A stretch of 51,915 nucleotides of DNA from Firmicutes bacterium UBA995 (lineage in GTDB: Bacteria > Bacillota > Sulfobacillia > UBA995): contig DBBB01000119.1 in NCBI GenBank assembly GCA_002291985.1, positions 1-51,915 on the forward strand. Reading direction: 5' to 3'. Shown one piece after another: positions 27,071 to 35,143 of the stretch (the first letter of the stretch is position 1; each line of letters begins with the position of its first letter). The notes beneath the pieces were generated by a model, which was not told the DNA's origin, did not search any database, and saw nothing but the letters and a program-made list of their open reading frames with translations. Position numbers and translations under genes: made by a program.

Positions 27071-27466
27071 ATGTTCAAGCGCGACCCGGACGCGGGATTG
27101 GACCGGGTGGAGACGATCATCGGCCGCGGCGCCAACATCAACGGCAGTCTCACGGGAACGGGTACCCTTCGCGTTGACGGCAAGATCGAGGGACAGATTG
27201 TACACCGCGGTGACGTGGTCGTAGGGGAAACGGGCCTGGTGGAGGCCACCCTGCAAGCTCGAAATGTCACCGTGGCCGGCGAGATTCGCGGCTCGGTGGA
27301 AGCCGAGGGCAAGCTCGAGTTGGTGGCGACGGGCAAATTGACCGGTGACATCAAAGTCTCGGCCCTGATCGTCAATGAAGGGGCGTTCTTTCACGGAAGC
27401 TGCGTCATGAGGGGCGCAGAGCCGCCGGGCAAGGCTCCCCGAAAACCAGCGGAGGATGGGGTCTGA
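27071..27466 (+). CDS. bactofilin (polymer-forming cytoskeletal protein, CcmA-like)
   Basis: Beta-helix repeat pattern IIGRGANINGSLTGTGTLRVDGKIEGQIV..GDVVVGETGLVEATLQARNVTVAGEIRGSVEAEGKLEL. Confidence 0.85.
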   Translation: MFKRDPDAGLDRVETIIGRGANINGSLTGTGTLRVDGKIEGQIVHRGDVVVGETGLVEATLQARNVTVAGEIRGSVEAEGKLELVATGKLTGDIKVSALIVNEGAFFHGSCVMRGAEPPGKAPRKPAEDGV

Positions 27467-27470
27467 GCGG

Positions 27471-28373
27471 ATGAAAGCCTTCGTCATCATCAACGCGACG
27501 GCGAGCGCCGGGCGCGCCCGCCGCATTTGGCCCGGCATCAAGGACCAACTCGCGACCATTCGCAGCTTCGAATTGGCCTACACCCAACGAGCCGGCCATG
27601 CCATGGAGTTGGCAAGGGAGGCGACTGCCGCCGGCTATGAACTGGTAATCGCTTTTGGCGGCGACGGCACGGTGCATGAGACGGCAAACGGCATCATGCG
27701 CGGGGGTGCCGACCGGACGGCGCTCGGCATCATCCCCGCCGGTTCAGGCAACGATATCGCTCGCACCCTTGGCATACCTGCAACCCCGGTCGAAGCATGC
27801 GAGTTTTTCCGCGAACCCCGCACGCGCCCCATGGACCTGATACAGGTAGGGGACCGCTATTGTGTCGGCGCCGGGGGAGTGGGGTTCGACGGAGAGGTAG
27901 CTAGCCTTGCCAACCGCTGGCCGAAGTACCTGCCCGGCCCTCTGACCTATGTGTTCGGCATCCTTGTGAAGCTCGCTACTTTCAGCCCGGTGGAACTCGA
28001 GGTCGAACTCGACAGCGTGCTGCATCGTACCCGAGCGTTCACGACCGCCCTCGGCAATACCCAGTACTATGGGAGCGGAATGCGTATCTGTCCTCAGGCC
28101 GAGACCGACGACGGCTTGGTCGACGTGGTGATCGTGGGTGCGCTGTCCAAGATCGAGGTCATACGGATGGTCCCATCGCTGTTCAAGGGGTTGCACGTCC
28201 TTCACCCGAAGGTCACAAGCTATCGGGCCAGAGAGGTACAGGTGCGCTCGAAGGTCCCCCTTTCTATCCAGATTGACGGAGAACTGGTGGGGAAGATCCC
28301 CGCCACCTTCCGCAATGTTCCCGCTGCTCTGCGTGTAGTGGCGGGCACGCCCCTTGCGCCTATGGCGTTGTAG
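27471..28373 (+). CDS. diacylglycerol/lipid kinase family protein (YegS/BmrU-like)
   Basis: ATG 5 nt after the bactofilin stop. Motifs: FGGDGTVHE, IIPAGSGNDIARTLGIP. Confidence 0.8.
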   Translation: MKAFVIINATASAGRARRIWPGIKDQLATIRSFELAYTQRAGHAMELAREATAAGYELVIAFGGDGTVHETANGIMRGGADRTALGIIPAGSGNDIARTLGIPATPVEACEFFREPRTRPMDLIQVGDRYCVGAGGVGFDGEVASLANRWPKYLPGPLTYVFGILVKLATFSPVELEVELDSVLHRTRAFTTALGNTQYYGSGMRICPQAETDDGLVDVVIVGALSKIEVIRMVPSLFKGLHVLHPKVTSYRAREVQVRSKVPLSIQIDGELVGKIPATFRNVPAALRVVAGTPLAPMAL

Positions 28374-28383
28374 GTGATGGGCC

Positions 28384-29019
28384 ATGCTCTTCATCGATCG
28401 AGTTGATGCCGGTCGCCGGCTTGCCCGGAGACTGGCGCGGATTGAGTTGCGGGAACCACTTGTGCTTGCCATCCCCCGCGGTGGAGCAGTGGTTGGGGGC
28501 GAGGTGGCGCGAGAACTGGGCACCCCTCTCGACCTCATCATTCCTCGCAAGATCGGCGCCCCCCACAACGAGGAACTCGCCGTTGGCGCCGTAGCCCCCG
28601 ATGGTAGTCTCTACCGGGATCAGCGCCTGATCAAGGGACTTGCCGTGCCCGAGGCCTACATCGAGCAGGAGGCAGGACGGCAGTTGGCGGAAATCCAGCG
28701 CCGCATGGCTCGCTACCGAGGGGATCGACCGCTGCCCAGCCTGGCGGACCGCACGGTGATTCTCGTTGATGACGGGATAGCGACCGGGGCCACCACTGCC
28801 GGGGCCTTGCTCGCTATCCGCAGACAACGGCCCGCCCATGTCTTGCTCGCCGTGCCGGTCGCACCGCGCGAGACGCTCGAGTGCCTTGCGGGGCAGGCCG
28901 ACGAGGTGGTATGCTTGGCGACCCCCGAACCCTTTTATGCGGTAGGACAGTTCTACCAGGTGTTTGCACAGATAACCGACGAGGAAGTCATCCGCCTGTT
29001 GGGCGAACTCGCACCGTAG
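28384..29019 (+). CDS. phosphoribosyltransferase-family protein (COG1926-like)
   Basis: PRPP-binding loop VILVDDGIATGATT. N-terminal FIDRVDAGRRLA...LVLAIPRGG. Confidence 0.7.
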   Translation: MLFIDRVDAGRRLARRLARIELREPLVLAIPRGGAVVGGEVARELGTPLDLIIPRKIGAPHNEELAVGAVAPDGSLYRDQRLIKGLAVPEAYIEQEAGRQLAEIQRRMARYRGDRPLPSLADRTVILVDDGIATGATTAGALLAIRRQRPAHVLLAVPVAPRETLECLAGQADEVVCLATPEPFYAVGQFYQVFAQITDEEVIRLLGELAP

Positions 29020-29202
29020 CAGTAGCAGAGGCACGTACGCCACCGCCCCGCACCCGGTCCCGACCCGCGACCATATAGGTCAGCATGATGCGGCCCGTCT
29101 CGGCGATCACCTGCTGGCGCCTGCTGCAGGGCCATGCAGTGGCTAGAGGAGGAGGGGAAGGCCCGGCGAACTGAAAGCGGATGATGGGAGGATCTGTCGG
29201 CC

Positions 29203-30234
29203 ATGGTTAGTCCGCGCGGGAATCTTGCCGTCGTGCTCCTGCTGTGCGTGACTCTCGCGGCCATCGGATGGCTCGGGTCCACACGCAGCGGGCGTGGGCG
29301 CCGTGCCGGAGAGCCCCTGGTGCAACCGCACCCACTATGGGAGATGGAGGTGGCGCACGGGGCGACAGCAGTGCTGACTCCTGGAGGGTTAGTGCTGCTT
29401 CGCGAGGGCGACCGATTGCGGGTAATCGATGCCGGCGGACGCGACCTGCTCGAGGCGACTCTGCCGGTGGACAACCTCGTCCTGCCGGTGTCGGCCGCCG
29501 AAGCCGACCGATCCCTGCTCATCTTCGAGGTAATCCGCCTTCCGGCCGGCGAGCACCCTTATGGGGAAAGCGTTCGGATTCGCGCCGGGCTGGGGGGTCC
29601 CGTCCAGAATTATGATCTCCCGGGGGGCGCTCTGCTGGTGGCCGCGGCCTCGCGCGACGGGCAACGCATGGCGCTCGGGGTCATGAATTTCGACGGGGAT
29701 AGACCCGAGGGTCATGTACACGTGCTGCACCCGGACCGGGGGCAGAAGGTCGCCCACCGCCTGGCGGCAGGGGCATTGTTCCGGCTAGAGCTGTGTCCTG
29801 CCGGCTCGTACCTCGTGGCCGCCGACCGCGACACAGCCTACTACCTTCACGGCGAGAGCGGACTGCTCGTCGGGAGTTGGCGCTATGGGGAAGGCGTGCG
29901 CGACGTGGGCCTGTTGCCGAGAGGAGGACCGGTAGTGTTGACGGCGAGTGCCCTCCAAGTCTACGATGAGCGAGGCGGACTCGCCTGGCGTCGACCTCTG
30001 CGGTCGCCGGGGGTAACCCTGAAAGTCGGTTTGGAGTTGATCGTCGTCGTTACGCGCGACAGCCTCGAAGTGTACGGTGAGAATGGCCGACGTGTTGGCC
30101 GGTGGCTTCCTCGCCGACCCCTTCGGGACGTGGACTTGTCGGCGGATGGCGAGAGGATGCTGGTTGTGTACGACGACCGGCGAATGGTGATGTACCGTTT
30201 TGCCCGTCCGACCGTTTCCGGTGGCGGCTCATGA
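29203..30234 (+). CDS. hypothetical membrane-anchored protein, repetitive beta-rich (propeller-like) ectodomain
   Basis: GGGAGGA SD. N-terminal TM NLAVVLLLCVTLAAIGWLG, followed by repeated strand-turn motifs (LVLLREGDRLRVIDAGG, LLVAAASRDGQRMALG, YLVAADRDTAYYL, VVLTASALQVYDERG, MLVVYDDRRMVMY). Confidence 0.5.
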   Translation: MVSPRGNLAVVLLLCVTLAAIGWLGSTRSGRGRRAGEPLVQPHPLWEMEVAHGATAVLTPGGLVLLREGDRLRVIDAGGRDLLEATLPVDNLVLPVSAAEADRSLLIFEVIRLPAGEHPYGESVRIRAGLGGPVQNYDLPGGALLVAAASRDGQRMALGVMNFDGDRPEGHVHVLHPDRGQKVAHRLAAGALFRLELCPAGSYLVAADRDTAYYLHGESGLLVGSWRYGEGVRDVGLLPRGGPVVLTASALQVYDERGGLAWRRPLRSPGVTLKVGLELIVVVTRDSLEVYGENGRRVGRWLPRRPLRDVDLSADGERMLVVYDDRRMVMYRFARPTVSGGGS

Positions 30235-30590
30235 AGGGGCTCCCTCTTTATCTGCTCATCTTCGCCGGCACTACCGCCGCCGCGCTCTCCCTTGAGTGGG
30301 TCAAGACCATGACCGAGATCCAGTTGCCGGTTCCCGTGCTTGCCGCAGCCTATTTCCTGCTCGTGAAAGTGATCGGCGATCTCATCTTGACGCTGGCATC
30401 TAACCGGGAGCGGTCACCGCTCTTTTACGGCGAGTATGCACTCGATCTCGCCTTCCATGCCGGTTTGGGAGTCGCCGCCGGCATCGGGATCGATACGGCC
30501 GCCGCTCTATTGCGCGGTCGCGCCCACCCTGCGGCCGTAGCCGTACTGGCCAATCTCGGCATCATTCTCCTGGGGGGGGCGAGGCGATGA
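30231..30590 (+). CDS. hypothetical small integral membrane protein
   Basis: ATGA start/stop overlap with the upstream gene. Three or four hydrophobic segments. I recognise no family. Confidence 0.45.
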   Translation: MKGLPLYLLIFAGTTAAALSLEWVKTMTEIQLPVPVLAAAYFLLVKVIGDLILTLASNRERSPLFYGEYALDLAFHAGLGVAAGIGIDTAAALLRGRAHPAAVAVLANLGIILLGGARR

Positions 30591-31309
30591 ACTGGCTGGA
30601 TGCGGGCATCCTGATCCTGCTGTTGATTGGCGCTTTCCGAGGGTTTCGGCGGGGGATCGGGGCAGTGTTCGTAGGACTCGGGGGCTTGCTCCTGGCGCTC
30701 CTGGCAGCAGCATATACGACGCCGCGCATGGCCGCATGGCTTCAGCTCCGCTACGCGGCAGTCGACGCCGTCAGCGCGGTCCTGCAGCGGCATCTGCGGC
30801 TTCCCATACCGGATGCCGCCCTCCGCCTGGCAGACATGAGTCCGGCGGAGATGGAGGCCGCCCTGGCCGCCTTGCCTGTCGCCCCATGGCTGCGAGACCT
30901 CCTGGTACACCAGGCGCCGGCAGTCGCCGCAACCGCCGGAGGGAATCTCCGTACACTGGGAGACGCCGTCCATCACGTCCTCGGAGGCTATGTGGTTGCG
31001 GCGGTGTGTTTTGTCGCCCTTTTCATCGCGTCCCGGGGCATCCTGAGCGGCCTGGGCAGTCTACTTGGGCGCATGTTCGACGCCTTCCCGCTGGTCGGAC
31101 CGGGCAGCCGGGTACTTGGAGCCTGTCTCGGCATTGCCGAGCAAAGCGTCATCATGGCCGTCGCAATCGGGCTGGCTACCGCCGCAGTCCCTCTGTTTCC
31201 GGGCCTGGGAACGGTGTTCGAAGGATCGGCGCTGGCGCCACTGGGTCTTACCCTGTTTCACCGGCTGGTACCGATGGCCCTGAGCCTGCGGGCCATGACC
31301 TTGCCATGA
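30587..31309 (+). CDS. cvpA: CvpA-family membrane protein
   Basis: ATGA overlap with the upstream gene. N-terminus MNWLDAGILILLLIGAFRGFRRGIG is typical of CvpA. Confidence 0.65.
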   Translation: MNWLDAGILILLLIGAFRGFRRGIGAVFVGLGGLLLALLAAAYTTPRMAAWLQLRYAAVDAVSAVLQRHLRLPIPDAALRLADMSPAEMEAALAALPVAPWLRDLLVHQAPAVAATAGGNLRTLGDAVHHVLGGYVVAAVCFVALFIASRGILSGLGSLLGRMFDAFPLVGPGSRVLGACLGIAEQSVIMAVAIGLATAAVPLFPGLGTVFEGSALAPLGLTLFHRLVPMALSLRAMTLP

Positions 31310-31328
31310 AAGGGGATGGCGCGCCTCG

Positions 31329-32156
31329 ATGTTGCTAGAACAATTACGCTCGCTGATCGCCGCCGGCAGTCCATCGGCGGGAACATTGCCAACGGCATTG
31401 GCAATTCGAGGTGCGCAGATCGTGCTGGTGATCGCCCTGGGGTGGCTCGCGCTTGCGACCGCCCGCAGAAGGGTTGCCCGCGTGCTACCGGCGGGTCGTT
31501 CGACAGCCCCCTATCTCGATTCCCCACGCCTTCGGACTCTGGCCGGACTGGTCAACAGCGTTCTCCGTTATCTCGTCTACTTTCTGGTGGCCGTCACCGT
31601 CCTTTCGCTGCTAGGAGTGGACACGCGGTCACTCCTTATGGGTGCGGGTCTCCTGGGGTTGGCCGCGGGATTTGGCGCTCAGGGGCTCATCCGCGACTTC
31701 CTTGGTGGCTTTCTCATCCTCCTCGAAGATCAGTTCGCCGTCGGCGACCTGGTCCGCATGGCCGGACTGGAAGGTGTCGTCGAGGAAATGGGCCTGCGTA
31801 CCACCCGCCTGCGAGCCCCCGGCGGCGAGGTGCATCTGATCCCGAACGGCCGCATCCAGGAGGTCACCAATCTCAGCCGCGGGGCCATGCAGGTCTCGTT
31901 CACGGTGAGCGTTCCCTATAAGGCGGATATCGACCGTGCCAGCAGCGTGATCGACGAAGCCCTGTCCCGGTATTCGGCAGGGAATCCGGCGATCGTGAAA
32001 GCTCCGACGGTGCTGGGTGTTGAGGAACTGACGGGAACGAGTGTCCGACTGCTGATCGGCGGAACGACCCGGCCCATGGAGCAAGGGCCGGTAGCGCGCG
32101 ACCTGCGTCTGCAGGTGAAACGCGCCCTCGATGCCGCCGACATCACGCCCTCTTAG
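31329..32156 (+). CDS. mscS: mechanosensitive ion channel (MscS family)
   Basis: Pore and beta-domain signature LIRDFLGGFLILLEDQFAVGDLVRMAGLEGVVEEMGLRTTRLRAPGGEVHLIPNG. Confidence 0.8.
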   Translation: MLLEQLRSLIAAGSPSAGTLPTALAIRGAQIVLVIALGWLALATARRRVARVLPAGRSTAPYLDSPRLRTLAGLVNSVLRYLVYFLVAVTVLSLLGVDTRSLLMGAGLLGLAAGFGAQGLIRDFLGGFLILLEDQFAVGDLVRMAGLEGVVEEMGLRTTRLRAPGGEVHLIPNGRIQEVTNLSRGAMQVSFTVSVPYKADIDRASSVIDEALSRYSAGNPAIVKAPTVLGVEELTGTSVRLLIGGTTRPMEQGPVARDLRLQVKRALDAADITPS

Positions 32157-32175
32157 CTTCCGGGGCGGTGAGGTC

Positions 32176-32394
32176 ATGCTTCCGGCGGGGCATCGTTACG
32201 CGGTTGGCGAAGTGGTGCGTCTGAGGAAGGTCCACCCTTGCGGTTCAGATCGTTGGCTGGTGACCCGCACCGGCATGGACTTCGTCCTCAAATGTATGGG
32301 TTGCGGCCGACGCGTCATGCTGACCCGGGTCAAGTTCGAGCGAGCGGTGCGGGCAGTGCTGGGGCCCTGTCCGGCCGGGGAGGACCCGGCATGA
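32176..32394 (+). CDS. DUF951 family protein
   Basis: ATG 32176 follows GGTGAGG. The 72-aa product has GEVVRLRKVHPCGSDRWLVTRTGMDFVLKCMGCGRRVML. It sits immediately upstream of ychF, as in Bacillus. Confidence 0.7.
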   Translation: MLPAGHRYAVGEVVRLRKVHPCGSDRWLVTRTGMDFVLKCMGCGRRVMLTRVKFERAVRAVLGPCPAGEDPA

Positions 32395-33485
32395 CCTGGT
32401 CCTGGGGCCTGGTCGGCCTGCCCAATGCCGGCAAGTCAACCGTGTTCAATGCGCTGACGCATGGAGGTTCGGCTGTCGGCCACTACTCCTTCACCACCAT
32501 TGAACCCCACCTGGGCAAGCTCTCCGTCCCCGATGAGAGGCTGGAACACTTGCGCGTGCTCGCCGGGGCGCCCCTGGCCACGCCGGCCATGCTGGACATC
32601 ATCGACATCGCCGGACTGGTTCCCGGATCCAGCAAGGGCGAGGGTCTGGGCAACCAGTTCCTGGCCACGATTCGTGAGGCTGACGCCCTCATTCATGTAT
32701 TACGCTGCTTCGAGTCCCTGGTTGCCGGTCATCCCCTGGGAACGGTGGACCCGATCAGGGATCTGGACATCGTCCTCACCGAACTTGCCCTGGCCGATCT
32801 GGAGACCATCCAGCGGCGCCGGAACCGGGTGTCGAAACCCGCACATGCCGGCGACCAGGCCGCAGCGCGGGAGTTGGCCCTGTTAGACCGCCTGGAAGTT
32901 CGCCTCAACGAGGGCGGTCGGCCGCCCTGCCCGCCTCTTGGCCCATCGGAGTGCGAATATGCCCTGAAGCAGCTATTCCTCCTCACGGCCAAGCCCTGCC
33001 TGTACCTGGCCAATCTGTCCGAGGATGGTCTCGAATCCGGGCCGGCCTGGGAGGCCGTCCGGGGCCGGGCCGCGAGCGACGGGGTGCCGGTGGCGTCGAT
33101 CAAGGCGCGCCTGGAGATGGACCTGGGGTACCTGACGCCCGTGGAGCGAGCAACCTTCGCTCGGGAGTTGGGAGCAGCGGAGCCCGGGGAGCTGACGCAA
33201 ATCCTCCTCCGTTCCTTGCAACTGGTTACGTTCTTCACCGCCAACGCGAACGAGGCAAGATCCTGGCTGATTTCCGAGGGGACACCGGCTGTCGCCGCTG
33301 CGGCAAGAGTCCACTCGGACATGGCCGAGGGTTTCATCCGGGCGGATGTGCTGCCGTACGGCAGCCTGGCACAGGCGGGCTCCCTGCCCGCCGCAAGGGA
33401 ACGAGGTCTCATCCGCAGCGAGGGACGGGACTATCGGGTTGCCGATGGCGATGTGATGCTCTTCCGGTTCCGCGCCTCAAACTGA
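32391..33485 (+). CDS. ychF: ribosome-binding ATPase YchF
   Basis: ATGA overlap with the DUF951 gene. P-loop GLVGLPNAGKSTVFNALT. The C-terminal TGS-like end is RSEGRDYRVADGDVMLFRF. Confidence 0.9.
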   Translation: MTWSWGLVGLPNAGKSTVFNALTHGGSAVGHYSFTTIEPHLGKLSVPDERLEHLRVLAGAPLATPAMLDIIDIAGLVPGSSKGEGLGNQFLATIREADALIHVLRCFESLVAGHPLGTVDPIRDLDIVLTELALADLETIQRRRNRVSKPAHAGDQAAARELALLDRLEVRLNEGGRPPCPPLGPSECEYALKQLFLLTAKPCLYLANLSEDGLESGPAWEAVRGRAASDGVPVASIKARLEMDLGYLTPVERATFARELGAAEPGELTQILLRSLQLVTFFTANANEARSWLISEGTPAVAAAARVHSDMAEGFIRADVLPYGSLAQAGSLPAARERGLIRSEGRDYRVADGDVMLFRFRASN

Positions 33486-33532
33486 CGAGCAAGCTTCACC
33501 CCTGGGCAGCCCGGAACGGGGGCTGGCGGCCG

Positions 33533-33555
33533 CGTACGTACAGCCGCTACGTACG
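33533..33555 (+). terminator. A/T-containing hairpin downstream of ychF (possible terminator or operator)
   Basis: CGTACGTA (33533-33540) pairs with TACGTACG (33548-33555) across a 7-nt loop. It abuts the rpsF -35 element. Confidence 0.3.
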
Positions 33556-33557
33556 TA

Positions 33558-33587
33558 TTGCCGCGGAACCGCACCCGGTGATATAAT
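33558..33587 (+). promoter_or_regulatory. candidate extended -10 promoter of rpsF-ssb-rpsR
   Basis: TTGCCG (33558-33563), an 18-nt spacer ending in TGA, then TATAAT (33582-33587), 76 nt upstream of the rpsF ATG. Confidence 0.45.
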
Positions 33588-33662
33588 GGCGGCCGGAGCA
33601 TGTCCAGCCCCGCTCGGTGCCACCGCACGGAGCCATAGTCCGAGGGGAGGAGGTGAAAGGAC

Positions 33663-34097
33663 ATGCGAACTTACGAGACCGCGTTTATCCTTCGACCGGA
33701 TCTGGAAGAAGAAGCCCTGGCAAGTACGGTCAGCAAGGTCATCGATCTCATCACTTCCGGCGGCGGTTCGATTGAGCATCGCGATGACTGGGGGAAACGT
33801 CGCCTGGCCTACGAGATCGGCGGAGAGCGTGATGGGCACTATACCATCCTGCGTTTCAAGGCCGACTCGCCCACGTTGAAAGAACTCGAACGCACCTTCC
33901 GCCTGAACGAGGATGTCTTGCGTTACCTGATCGTGCGCTGGGAGGTCCCAGTGCGCCGCGGACGCCAGCCTGATACGGCCGACACGGCCGATGCTCCCCA
34001 GGGACAGCCGACCGTATCGCTGGGCCCCATCGGGCCGGCCGGGAGGCCCTCCCCTGTACCATCCATGACCCCGGAGGCAGAATCCCGGGAGGTGTAG
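33663..34097 (+). CDS. rpsF: 30S ribosomal protein S6 with ~50-aa low-complexity C-terminal extension
   Basis: MRTYETAFILRPDLEEE..., WGKRRLAYEI, GHYTILRF. Confidence 0.9.
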   Translation: MRTYETAFILRPDLEEEALASTVSKVIDLITSGGGSIEHRDDWGKRRLAYEIGGERDGHYTILRFKADSPTLKELERTFRLNEDVLRYLIVRWEVPVRRGRQPDTADTADAPQGQPTVSLGPIGPAGRPSPVPSMTPEAESREV

Positions 34098-34102
34098 CCG
34101 GC

Positions 34103-34501
34103 ATGCTCAATCGAGTGATCCTGATCGGCCGTCTGGCTCAGGATCCCGAATTGCGCTACACGCCCCAGGGGACGGCCGTGTGCAGCTTTAACTTGGCGGT
34201 TCAGCGTCCCCGTACGGGCGAAGGGGGAGAGCGGGAGCCTGACTTCATACCCATCATCACGTGGCAGAAACTGGCCGAGACCTGCAATACCTACTTGTCC
34301 AAGGGCAGGCTCGTGGCGGTGGAGGGGCGGCTGCACATCCGCAGTTATGAGGCGAAGGACGGGGGGCGAAGGCGGGCAGCGGAGGTGGTTGCCCAGGACG
34401 TCAGATTCCTGGACCGTGCGGCCGCAACCCAGACGCCCGACTCCGCCATGCCGGGCTTCGGGCAGGAGGCCGGTCTTCCCGAAGATGATTTGCCTTTCTA
34501 G
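34103..34501 (+). CDS. ssb: single-stranded DNA-binding protein
   Basis: MLNRVILIGRLAQDPELRYTPQGTAVCSFNLAV and an acidic tail ending in DDLPF. Confidence 0.9.
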   Translation: MLNRVILIGRLAQDPELRYTPQGTAVCSFNLAVQRPRTGEGGEREPDFIPIITWQKLAETCNTYLSKGRLVAVEGRLHIRSYEAKDGGRRRAAEVVAQDVRFLDRAAATQTPDSAMPGFGQEAGLPEDDLPF

Positions 34502-34525
34502 GCGACTGAAGGAGGCGTGACGGGT

Positions 34526-34759
34526 TTGGCAAGGCGAGAACGCGGGCGTCGTCCCAGGCGCAAGGTGTGTAGTTTCTGCGTGGACCGGGCGACGGTCATC
34601 GATTACAAGGACGCGGGCAAACTCAAGCGATTTCTGTCGGAGCGCGGCAAGATCATGCCGCGCCGGGGTACCGGTAACTGCGCTCGCCATCAGCGGCAAC
34701 TAACTGCGGCAATCAAGCAAGCCAGGGTCATAGCGCTGCTGCCCTTTGTAATGGAGTAG
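34526..34759 (+). CDS. rpsR: 30S ribosomal protein S18
   Basis: TTG 34526 lies 10 nt after AAGGAGG and gives (M)[17 protein letters not shown].... The GTG 34517 of the track is only 1 nt from the SD. Also [29 protein letters not shown]. Confidence 0.9.
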   Translation: MARRERGRRPRRKVCSFCVDRATVIDYKDAGKLKRFLSERGKIMPRRGTGNCARHQRQLTAAIKQARVIALLPFVME

Positions 34760-34780
34760 CAGGCAAACATTGACGGGTTC

Positions 34781-35143
34781 ATGCCGGAGGGATCCCGCGG
34801 CACCGTACCGAATGCCCTGGCGGAGGCGGCGGAGTTGAGGCAGACCCGGGGGATAGCGCAGAACGCTCGTACTATAGAGTGGCTGAAGGCGGAAGTGGTC
34901 GCCGGCCCCGGGTCGGCATGCAGGGCGTTCCTCAAGGGCGACCCGGAGGGAGTCATCGAGAGCTTGGCCGGCCTCGTTATCTCCTGCTACCTGCTGGGAC
35001 TCCGGGTAGGACTGGATTGTGGCCGACTGAACAACGCCATCCTGGCGAAGCTGGGTCGCAACATTCGCGAGGGCCACGAGATGGAAAGCTGGTACGGCGA
35101 CTTGAGCCAACTGCGCGAGCGCTTTCAGGGGCGTCGAAAGTGA
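34781..35143 (+). CDS. small helical protein, possibly MazG-like family
   Basis: It occupies the position between rpsR and yybS where Clostridia carry a MazG-like gene. Segments: IEWLKAEV, LAGLVISCYLLGLRVG. The start is uncertain and there is no clear SD. Confidence 0.4.
   Translation: MPEGSRGTVPNALAEAAELRQTRGIAQNARTIEWLKAEVVAGPGSACRAFLKGDPEGVIESLAGLVISCYLLGLRVGLDCGRLNNAILAKLGRNIREGHEMESWYGDLSQLRERFQGRRK

Noticed and set aside
33588-33662. An S6:S18-binding leader structure in the rpsF 5' UTR.
   Set aside because: A UTR of about 75 nt with short possible stems (CGGA/UCCG) exists. I could not fold it convincingly into the published motif by eye, so it needs a covariance-model search.
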